From a virus (Duplodnaviria > Caudoviricetes), in the IMG/VR virus record IMGVR_UViG_3300038393_001787, positions 1-42,780 of that record: 42,780 nucleotides of DNA; one strand, written 5' to 3'. Each line of letters starts with the position of its first letter. Positions within the stretch are counted from its first letter, which is position 1. The position numbers were made by a program, and so were the translations under genes. The notes below the pieces were generated by a model. It did no database searches. It was not told the DNA's origin and saw nothing but the letters and a program-made list of their open reading frames with translations. Positions 36,174 through 42,780 of the stretch are shown here, piece by piece.

Positions 36174-36306
36174 TTTCGCGAGCCCTCCCCTGCTCGAGGT
36201 GCCAGGCGAGCCACATCACATGGGGCGACGATCGCCAGGTCAGAAAACCGCCGTCGCCAAGTGAGGCGACCAGGCGCTGTTGTTGCACGACTTTGCCCAG
36301 GTTCAC
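36166..36306 (-). CDS. Possible small protein (46 aa)
   Basis: GTGA-coupled ORF that fills the gap before gapR. Confidence 0.35.
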   Translation of the reverse strand: MNLGKVVQQQRLVASLGDGGFLTWRSSPHVMWLAWHLEQGRARENG

Positions 36307-36689
36307 GCGGGAAACGCCGGCGCGTCGACGATCCGCCGCTTGTCTCGAACCGTCCTCGAGATCGCAGCCCGGCGCTCGGCCCGGTTGCGCGGTTTCGTCG
36401 GTTGCGCCGGCTCGTCGATTAAGCCGCGCAACTTATCCACAAAAATAATGAGGTTGCTTGTGGGCGCGTCGGGTTGGTCGACGATTTTCGCTCCGTAGCG
36501 GCAGATCGCCTCGAGCTCGGCCGCGGCGATGATCGCCGGCGGCCACCCGGCGGCGAGAGCGCGAACCCTCGCCGCCAGGGCCATAAGACGAACGAGCGAC
36601 GTCGACGCCAGTTGATCGAGGCTTTCCCGATCACTGGAGATTCGGCTATCCAGCGCTTGCACGACTAAACGTGCGTCGTCGCGATCCAC
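36303..36689 (-). CDS. Hypothetical protein
   Basis: GTG 36689 behind GGGGGG; TTGACA further upstream; C-terminal NRAERRA motif. Confidence 0.55.
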   Translation of the reverse strand: MDRDDARLVVQALDSRISSDRESLDQLASTSLVRLMALAARVRALAAGWPPAIIAAAELEAICRYGAKIVDQPDAPTSNLIIFVDKLRGLIDEPAQPTKPRNRAERRAAISRTVRDKRRIVDAPAFPA

Positions 36690-37031
36690 CTTCCGGATCC
36701 CCCCACAAAAACCCGAGCCCGTCGGCCCGAGTGAGTTGCTTGTTTCCCGCGCGCTGACGTGCTTTGTCAATCCCTCGCCCAACGAGTCGACCCTGACCCG
36801 CGCCCGTGCCCGCTGCTCGGCTCCGATTATCCGTCGTCGCCTATCGGCTGACAGCCTGAAGGGGCCGGATTTCGGCCCGAAATCGGTCGCGTAGCGAGCG
36901 CTACGGGGGTCCGGGAACAGGCGCGCGCGTTGGGGGGGGTGCCCCCCGTCGACCGGCCACCATCCGGCCCGTCTGTCTCATCAAGGTCTTAGACGTTGGC
37001 CGAGGCGCCCGATCGGCTCCGGTCTTTCGCT

Positions 37032-37607
37032 CTAGTCGCCACCATCCGGCGAGACGTCTTGCGAGGGTGAACCCACAAGAGACGGTGAGAGATCCTCGAT
37101 TTCGGCCGTTTCCCAATCGATCCCCTCGACCAGGCCGGCGTTCACTTCCTCCGCGATCGCGTCGAGCGTCGAGCCTGGCACGTTCGGCCCGCCGGCCATA
37201 ATCATGACCACGTCGGCCCGCTGGCGCACGTCGACGCTGATCGGCTGCTTCCCCTCGACATACGGCAGGAGCTCGGCCGCGGCGCGTATGCCGAGCTGCG
37301 CGGCCTCGAGCTTGGAGCAGCCGAGCTGCGCGGCCAGGGTTTCGACCGGCGTCGAATAGGCGCGCGCCAGGGCGAGCGCCGGATGCGGCGCCAGGGCCAG
37401 GAGCTGGTCGCGGAATTTCTGATTGCGCCGGTTGAGCGATCCAGGCGGACGGCCGCGGCCGCGGCGCTCGGCGATCGCGACCGCCGTCCCGGCGTCGCGG
37501 TTCGGCACCTGGTCGCGGATGAGCTCGAGCTGCTCCGGGTCGGCGAGAAGCGCGGTGTCGCGCGCCTGGTTGAGCTCGCCGGCGATCGGCGACGGATGAT
37601 CGGCCAT
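37032..37607 (-). CDS. Probable terminase small subunit
   Basis: RGRGRPPGSLNR motif and AAAELLPY...KQP; first gene of the late strand; AAGGGGGG SD. Confidence 0.65.
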   Translation of the reverse strand: MADHPSPIAGELNQARDTALLADPEQLELIRDQVPNRDAGTAVAIAERRGRGRPPGSLNRRNQKFRDQLLALAPHPALALARAYSTPVETLAAQLGCSKLEAAQLGIRAAAELLPYVEGKQPISVDVRQRADVVMIMAGGPNVPGSTLDAIAEEVNAGLVEGIDWETAEIEDLSPSLVGSPSQDVSPDGGD

Positions 37608-37717
37608 TATCCCCCCTTAGAATATTCGCTCCCCGTCGAGAGCGGCGCGGAGGAGCTTATCACGAGCCGCGGCGCCTGGTCCAATTTCGCTAAGTCGTTG
37701 ATCGCGCGCGCTTTGCC

Positions 37718-37980
37718 TGTTCCACTGTTCCCAAATTTGTTCCCAACGAAATCGGGCTTCAGGAACAACCTTTGCACATCAATTCAATGACTTATTAGAA
37801 TTGTTCCATTGTTCCCAAAGAAACGCAAAGCCCTACATGTGCGCGCGCAAGCGTATTCACGCGCGCGTATGACCCGCGCGCGCGAGTCGCTGGGAACATG
37901 GGAACAATCGGCCTAAGCCTCTGATTTCGTTGGATTAGTGCGTTCCTACGGGTGGGAACAGCGTTGGGAACATGGGAACA
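37718..37980. repeat. Symmetric TGTTCC(CA)/(TG)GGAACA iteron array, putative replication origin
   Basis: Forward copies at 37718,37726,37738,37802,37810; reverse copies at 37891,37899,37953,37965,37973; one opposed copy per arm (37762, 37941); central CGCGCG tracts. Confidence 0.75.
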
Positions 37981-38300
37981 AATCCCCCGCCCATTTGAAG
38001 CCGGCAATCTGGCCTGTTTCATGCTTGAAGGCAATGGGCTCGGGCGAGGGCGAGGGAGAAGGAGGCGCGGAGGAGCTCGAGCGGTCGCTACGGGCGCGGG
38101 CCAGGAGATCGATCGGAGCGGCCGCTTAAGCGCGGCCGCGCTTTGATTTTATTGGAGATCTCGCCGCGGGCGAGATCAATCGGAGATCGCTTGCACGAGC
38201 TCGAGGCGACCGCTGCGCGCTCGCCGAGCTCGGCCGCGATCGCGCCAGGCGCCGCGCTCCTGGTCAACGGATTGTTGCGCGAACGACACGCAAGCCGAGT

Positions 38301-38346
38301 GTGTCTCGCATGGTGTCTTGCAATGTGTCTCGTCTTGCTGTACGCC
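38301..38346 (+). promoter_or_regulatory. Putative early promoter overlapped by three 12-bp-period direct repeats
   Basis: TTGCAA (38318-38323), 17 bp, TACGCC (38341-38346); GTGTCTYG at 38301, 38313, 38325. Confidence 0.55.
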
Positions 38347-38384
38347 TCACGGCGTTGGAGCACTAGCAGACAGGAGCACGGAAG

Positions 38385-38519
38385 ATGATTGACCGAAGCG
38401 CAACCGCCCAGGCACTCGCAAAAGCGATCGCGTACAAGCAATGCGGCAAAGACCAGGACGCGAAAGAGTGGGCCGCTAAGCTGGTCCGCATCCTCGAGTG
38501 CGCGGACATTCTGAAATGA
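38385..38519 (+). CDS. Small early protein (44 aa, MIDRSATAQALAKAIAYKQCG...)
   Basis: Translated by hand; CAGGAGCAC RBS; ATGA-coupled to the next gene. Confidence 0.65.
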   Translation: MIDRSATAQALAKAIAYKQCGKDQDAKEWAAKLVRILECADILK

Positions 38520-38671
38520 GCCGCCCGATCGACCAGGAGCGCCAGGCGCTCGAGCTCGAGCTGCGCGCGAAGTCGCCGAAGCGCGGCGAGCCTGGGCGAG
38601 CGCCGGCGGCCCAGGCCGACGCGGCCCACCTTCCCCTTTTCATCGCGGCCAACGAGCCGAAACTGTTTTGA
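38516..38671 (+). CDS. Small early protein (51 aa, MSRPIDQERQALEL...LPLF...KLF)
   Basis: Translated by hand; ATGA overlap. Confidence 0.55.
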   Translation: MSRPIDQERQALELELRAKSPKRGEPGRAPAAQADAAHLPLFIAANEPKLF

Positions 38672-38685
38672 GAGGAGCACTAGCC

Positions 38686-39147
38686 ATGAATAACACAACC
38701 GACACCGCCGCCGAGCTCGCCAACGTCGCGACCTGGCGCCAGGTCGCCGCCGAGCTCGAGCTCACGATCGACGACGCGACGCAATGGGCGACCATCTACC
38801 GCGACGGCCGCCCGATCGCGACGGCGCAACGCCGGCGCGTGCTCGATCGCACGTCGCCGGATTGGCAAATCTTCGGCCTCGACGGGCGCCGGATCTTCGC
38901 GCTCTACTTCGGCGGCCAGGATCCAGCGGCCAGGATACGCAAGCGCCTCGCCGCGTACCTGGTCGACCAGGCGCCGGCGCCGGCGCCGGCCAAGCTCGAC
39001 GAGATCCAGGAGCTCGAGGCGCGCCGGCGCCAGCTCCTGGCCGACCGCCTTATGACCAACGGGCACGGGCGCCGGGCGCGGATCCAGGAGCAGATTGACG
39101 CGATCGACGCCAAGCTCGAGCTCCTGGCCGAGCAAGCCGGCGCCTAG
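38686..39147 (+). CDS. Hypothetical early protein (MNNTTDTAAELA...)
   Basis: GAGGAGCACTA RBS before ATG 38686. Confidence 0.75.
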   Translation: MNNTTDTAAELANVATWRQVAAELELTIDDATQWATIYRDGRPIATAQRRRVLDRTSPDWQIFGLDGRRIFALYFGGQDPAARIRKRLAAYLVDQAPAPAPAKLDEIQELEARRRQLLADRLMTNGHGRRARIQEQIDAIDAKLELLAEQAGA

Positions 39148-39201
39148 CGGTCGCGACCTGGCGGCCGCGCCTGGCGCGACCGCCTAGCCGCAATCGTGCG
39201 G
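39147..39201 (+). repeat. Intergenic hairpin repeat, copy A
   Basis: GCGGTCGCG-ACCT-GGCGG...CCGCC-TAGC-CGCAATCGT-GCGG. Confidence 0.7.
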
Positions 39202-39221
39202 GAATTGTTGGAGCACAGAAC

Positions 39222-40001
39222 ATGAGCACACGAGCAACCTACCTAGTCAACGGGACGCCGTTCTACATTCACACCGACGGTTATCCGGAGGGCGCGGCCG
39301 AGTATTTCCGGCAGATGATCGGCGCGCTTACCGCGCCGGCGGCCGACGGCCTGGCCGTTGGCGCGATCGCCGATCGGCGTGGCGGCCTGGTGCACGCTTT
39401 CATCCGTGGCAACGATCGCGCCGAGCCGACCGAAAGCCACCAGGCGCACGGTGACACGAAATATCGTTGGGACGTCGACGATCGGCGGCCAGAGGCCAAA
39501 GGCGAGATCCTGGTCCGTTGCCAGGCGCGCCGGTACGACTTCGACGGATGGGGCGCCTGGTCGACCTGGGCGCCGATCGAGGAGCTGATCGGCCGCCACT
39601 ATCCCGGCGCCATCGTCGCGATCGTCGACCCCGATCGCTACATGGGCGGCCGAAAGATCCTGGCGACGATCGGCAACGCCCTGGCGATCGCCCGGCGCGA
39701 GCTCGAGATTGCCGGCGCCTTCCAGGACGGTAACCCCCCGAACAAGCCGGGACACCAGGCGCTCGCGACGGCCTGGCTCCGCGGCGTGATCGAACAGCTC
39801 CCGGCGCGCGTCTCTTTCCTCGAGAAGCAAGCGGCCGCGTGCCGGGCCGAGCTAGCCAAGGGGTCGACCTGGGGCCGGGATTACTACGAGCGCGAGCTCG
39901 CCGAGATAGAGGAGGAGCTCGAGGAGCTCCGGGAGCCGCTTCCCGATAACGTCGACGTCGACCAGGCGCCCGAGCAGCTCGGCCTAGCGATCGCGAACTA
40001 A
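39222..40001 (+). CDS. Hypothetical early protein, MSTRA...Y.H.DGYP type
   Basis: GTTGGAGCAC RBS; N-terminal MSTRATY...FYIHTDGYPEG motif. Confidence 0.8.
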   Translation: MSTRATYLVNGTPFYIHTDGYPEGAAEYFRQMIGALTAPAADGLAVGAIADRRGGLVHAFIRGNDRAEPTESHQAHGDTKYRWDVDDRRPEAKGEILVRCQARRYDFDGWGAWSTWAPIEELIGRHYPGAIVAIVDPDRYMGGRKILATIGNALAIARRELEIAGAFQDGNPPNKPGHQALATAWLRGVIEQLPARVSFLEKQAAACRAELAKGSTWGRDYYERELAEIEEELEELREPLPDNVDVDQAPEQLGLAIAN

Positions 40002-40059
40002 CTCTCACGACCTGGCGGGCGCCGTGTAACATGGCACCCGCCTAGCCGCGAGAGAGCGG
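40002..40059 (+). repeat. Intergenic hairpin repeat, copy B
   Basis: CTCTCACG-ACCT-GGCGG...CCGCC-TAGC-CGCGAGAG-A-GCGG. Confidence 0.7.
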
Positions 40060-40080
40060 AAAACAGTTGGAGCACTACAC

Positions 40081-40314
40081 ATGAAACACGACCCTTTGAA
40101 TTTCGGCCGAGCTCGCCCTTGGCAGTCGGAGGCAACCCGTCGCCAGCAGCACCAGGCGCGCCAGGCGGCGATCGCCGCCCTGGTCTTTGCGATCGCGTGC
40201 GCCGCGGCGATGCACGTCGCCATGAACCACGGCAGCGCCGGCGGCGCGCTCCTCTTCTCGCTCGGCGGATCGCTCGCGCTAATGTTCGTTGCGTTCGCGG
40301 CTTCGGAGGCATGA
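40081..40314 (+). CDS. Small two-TM membrane protein
   Basis: GTTGGAGCACTA RBS; two hydrophobic helices. Confidence 0.7.
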   Translation: MKHDPLNFGRARPWQSEATRRQQHQARQAAIAALVFAIACAAAMHVAMNHGSAGGALLFSLGGSLALMFVAFAASEA

Positions 40315-40850
40315 TGCGCTTCGCCAAACGCCCTCGCTATCCGTTCACCTGGTCGCAGCGAAAGGCGGCCGCCGTGCTCGTGAGCCAGCGTAAGGCGCGC
40401 GAGCGGCTACCGTTGTTCGCCGACGCGATCGCGGCCGAACAACCCGACGTCGACCAGGTGCGCGACGATCGCGAGCTCCGTTGGATTGCGCGCGAGCTCG
40501 AGCAGCGGAGCAAGGAGGCGGCCAAATGGCGCAAGACCAGGCGCGAGATCGACGCGCTCGAGCCGCCGGCGCGCCGGCTGTTCCTCGACTACTGGAACGG
40601 ACATAGCAAATCTCCAGGCAACGCCGGCTATCTCGCAACCGTCCTTCACATGTTCAAAACCGGGCGCCTGGTCGAGCACAACGGTAAGCTCGAGTCCCCG
40701 CATTGGATTGCGCACGATCGGCGCCTCGAGGCGAAGCTCCGCGACATGAGCGACCAGGAGCTCGACAGTACCATTCAAAGCCATGTGAACATGCATTTCG
40801 TCGAGCTCGGCCGAGCCGAGAAGCGGCGCCGTTGGGAGCAGCAACTATGA
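40311..40850 (+). CDS. Hypothetical protein (RERLPLFADAIAAEQP type)
   Basis: GGAGG SD, ATGA overlaps at both ends. Confidence 0.75.
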   Translation: MMRFAKRPRYPFTWSQRKAAAVLVSQRKARERLPLFADAIAAEQPDVDQVRDDRELRWIARELEQRSKEAAKWRKTRREIDALEPPARRLFLDYWNGHSKSPGNAGYLATVLHMFKTGRLVEHNGKLESPHWIAHDRRLEAKLRDMSDQELDSTIQSHVNMHFVELGRAEKRRRWEQQL

Positions 40851-41224
40851 CCGTGTTACATGGCCCGCCGGAAACGGGCCGCGGAGCGCCTCGAGGGGAT
40901 CCGGCGGAGCATGTTGGCCGCAAATGCCCGGAGTGCCTGGGCGCGGTCGATACGTCGCTAGACTGGCGCAAGATGTTTTGTTGCGAGAAGCACCGCCAGG
41001 CGTTCCACAATCGCCAGCTCATCCGCGGCCGCAAGCTCGTTGTCTTGTGCATGGCGGAGCGCGTGACCCGCTCCGGCTATTGCCGACGCAAGCAAACCGG
41101 GATCGAGGCGCGCCAGCGATCGCGGCGGCTCATGGACGCCTGGCACAAGGAGGACATGGCCGCCGGGCGCATGGCAATGGACGAATATCTCGCGATCAGG
41201 ACGCGGCTCGGCTTCCAGGATTGA
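40847..41224 (+). CDS. Zinc-finger-containing basic protein
   Basis: CPEC...FCCEKH; ATGA overlap; palindrome CCGTGTTACATGG just after the start codon. Confidence 0.7.
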   Translation: MTVLHGPPETGRGAPRGDPAEHVGRKCPECLGAVDTSLDWRKMFCCEKHRQAFHNRQLIRGRKLVVLCMAERVTRSGYCRRKQTGIEARQRSRRLMDAWHKEDMAAGRMAMDEYLAIRTRLGFQD

Positions 41225-41225
41225 A

Positions 41226-41277
41226 CTGTCACGAGCTGGCGAGCCGGTGCGATCGGCTCGCCTACCCGCGACAGCGG
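41226..41277 (+). repeat. Intergenic hairpin repeat, copy C
   Basis: CTGTCACG-AGCT-GGCGAGCCG...CGGCTCGCC-TACC-CGCGACAG-CGG. Confidence 0.7.
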
Positions 41278-41298
41278 ACCACAGAAGGAGCACAATCA

Positions 41299-41736
41299 AT
41301 GCCGAAGCTATACCACAACGGCCAGCTCGAGGGCTGGCAGATCCCAGGCCAACAGGATCCGAAGGCGAGCCGCGTCCACGTGCCGAGCTCGCCGGCGGAT
41401 CTCGCCGCCTGGCTCAACCATCGTCGCGTAGGACCGACCGGAGCCGCGGCCGAGCAAGAACGACGGCTCGAGGAGTTTGACGACGCGCCAAGCGTCGACG
41501 AGCTGCTCGAGGCGGCCGATCGCGCCGAGCGCCAGCGCCCCAAGGTCGCCGGCGTTTGCGACTCGTGCGGCCGCTCGGCCGCCGGCGCGCTGAAGCTGGC
41601 CCAGGGGAACGAGCTCGACGCGATCGAGCAGTGGATGGAAACCGCCGAGCTATGGGCGATCCAGCAGCTCGTCGAGCGCGCCCGCTCAGTCGTTCGCGCC
41701 CGCGGCGAGGCACTAGACGGAAAGGGCATTCAATGA
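41299..41736 (+). CDS. Hypothetical early protein (MPKLYHNGQLEGWQ...), contains CxxC
   Basis: AAGGAGCACAATCA RBS before ATG 41299. Confidence 0.75.
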   Translation: MPKLYHNGQLEGWQIPGQQDPKASRVHVPSSPADLAAWLNHRRVGPTGAAAEQERRLEEFDDAPSVDELLEAADRAERQRPKVAGVCDSCGRSAAGALKLAQGNELDAIEQWMETAELWAIQQLVERARSVVRARGEALDGKGIQ

Positions 41737-42215
41737 ACCGCACCGTCATTGTCGCGTGCAGCGCGACCAAGCGCACCGACACCGCCGAGCTTTCCGCGCT
41801 GGCCCGTTACGACGGGCCGGCCTGGCGCACGTTGCGGACGCACCTTAGCTGCATGATCGAGCCGCCGCTCGCCTTGTCGGCCGAGCACGGCCTGATTTCC
41901 GCCTACCAGGAGATCCCCAACTATGACCGGCGGCTCGATCGGCCGCGCGCGTGCGCACTCGTGCCTTTCGTCGCCAAGCAGCTCGAGCGCTTCGCCTACG
42001 AGGGCCGGCTCCGCGGCGAGATCTTCGCCTACGGCGGCGAGATCTATCGCGAGCTGCTCGAGGCGGCCGCGGAGCTGGCCGAGCACGAGCTCGGCCGCAA
42101 GCTCCTGCTCACTTACTCGAGCGGCGGCATTGGCGAGCAGCTCGGCCAGCTTAAAGCCTTCCTGACCAGGGCGCCCGTCATGGTGCCCGCGATCGTCGAC
42201 GAGGAGCTCGCATGA
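41733..42215 (+). CDS. DUF6884/YaaA-like protein
   Basis: IVACSATK...A..RYDGP.W, LSAEHGLI...I.NYD, GGEIY, GGIGEQL motifs. Confidence 0.7.
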   Translation: MNRTVIVACSATKRTDTAELSALARYDGPAWRTLRTHLSCMIEPPLALSAEHGLISAYQEIPNYDRRLDRPRACALVPFVAKQLERFAYEGRLRGEIFAYGGEIYRELLEAAAELAEHELGRKLLLTYSSGGIGEQLGQLKAFLTRAPVMVPAIVDEELA

Positions 42216-42334
42216 TGAGGACTTTCCTGGAAGCTTGGCGTCGACTTGATACTTTCGAGAAGACCCTCGGCGCTTTCATGCTTGCGGCGTTCGCCGGCGC
42301 AATGATCGCGGTCGCGTGGAGGATCGCGCGATGA
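42212..42334 (+). CDS. Small membrane protein (40 aa, MMRTFLEAWRRL...)
   Basis: Translated by hand; GAGGAG SD; ATGA overlaps at both ends. Confidence 0.6.
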   Translation: MMRTFLEAWRRLDTFEKTLGAFMLAAFAGAMIAVAWRIAR

Positions 42335-42618
42335 GGAAGATCCTAGTTTGCTGCACCAGCGCGCGCGATCGCGATTATTGGATCAGCCGCGCGGTGGACG
42401 ACGGCGGCAAGTTCGTGCCGCCCTCCGCGAGCCGCGGCCCCCAGGTAATCTTCGCGCGGCTCGAGCTCGAGCTAATGTTCCTGGTCTTTGAGCGCGGCGT
42501 GAACGGCAGATCGCAAGCCGATCGGCTTCGGGGGCTCAATCTCGCCGGCGTGCTCGAATTTGAGACGGTCGCCGACGAGGAGATCCGATCAATCATTTTA
42601 GCGAGGCTACGTCCATGA
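42331..42618 (+). CDS. Hypothetical protein (MRKILVCCTSAR...)
   Basis: GGAGG SD, ATGA overlaps; its 3' half lies in the terminal repeat. Confidence 0.7.
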   Translation: MRKILVCCTSARDRDYWISRAVDDGGKFVPPSASRGPQVIFARLELELMFLVFERGVNGRSQADRLRGLNLAGVLEFETVADEEIRSIILARLRP

Positions 42619-42780
42619 CCAACGAAACAGCAACGAGCCAGGTCGAACGCGCATGCGAGCTCCGCCGGCGCGATCGCCTGGCCCACCTTTGGGCCGACAT
42701 GGCAGTCGCAATGGCGATGGAGGAAATGCGCAAGGACAACGTCGATCCCGACCGTCGGCCGCTGCGCTTCGCGGCCGACG
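42487..42780. repeat. Terminal direct repeat, right copy
   Basis: TTTGAGCGCGGC...GCGGCCGACG matches 1-294; implies a circular or terminally redundant unit of about 42,486 bp. Confidence 0.95.

Larger units (their letters stand above)
1..42780. mobile_element. Apparently complete podovirus-type tailed phage genome, probable alphaproteobacterial host
   Basis: Terminase, T7-type head-tail connector, capsid, tail tubular A/B, internal virion proteins, lysis cassette, primase/helicase, GapR homologue; ends overlap; no host housekeeping genes seen. Confidence 0.92.

Noticed and set aside
37933-37941. GATTAGTGC, matching part of the sRNA seed
   Set aside because: Only 9 bp, lacks the CTCC core, and lies within the iteron array; probably chance.
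37718-37980. CRISPR array
   Set aside because: Repeats are 6-8 bp, in both orientations, irregularly spaced; no cas genes.
41226-41293. SAM/SAH riboswitch (CTGTCAC...GGAGCA resemblance)
   Set aside because: Lacks the internal GGCTTCCTGGCGTGAC-type core, and downstream genes are not SAM-related.
1-42780. tRNA/rRNA genes, IS elements, full CtrA boxes (TTAA-N7-TTAA)
   Set aside because: None recognised by eye; only isolated TTAA half-sites (e.g. 1759, 9249). A tRNAscan or motif scan would be needed to exclude them formally.

Overview
The window appears to be an essentially complete genome of a GC-rich, podovirus-type tailed phage. A 294-bp imperfect repeat joins the two ends, giving a unit length of about 42,486 bp. 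A GapR homologue and a CtrA/ChvI-like wHTH point to an alphaproteobacterial host. Layout: a + strand early/accessory operon (about 38350 through the junction to 1755) containing a small serine resolvase; a - strand primase/helicase module behind a Cro-like HTH; a + strand cluster of small genes ending in an OmpR-type wHTH; and a long - strand late region (terS, gapR, terL, portal, scaffold, Tad2-like protein, capsid, tail tubular A/B, internal virion proteins, tail fibres, holin/SAR endolysin/spanins). A symmetric TGTTCC iteron array (putative origin) lies at 37718-37980. I recognise no integrase, CI-type repressor, ParA, DNA/RNA polymerase or reverse transcriptase. The most striking unexplained system is non-coding. 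A ~90-nt promoter-hairpin-terminator unit at about 1787-1878 displays TGATTAGTGCTCCAACGC, which is complementary (7-14 nt) to seven GGAGCAC-containing sites: the 5' leader and six ribosome-binding sites of the early operon. Most replication and late genes instead use poly-G Shine-Dalgarno sequences. Three of the target RBSs are preceded by a covarying hairpin repeat, and a palindrome CRTGTWACAYG recurs six times in the non-structural half. All protein calls come from motif recognition and gene order by eye; no database searches were run.
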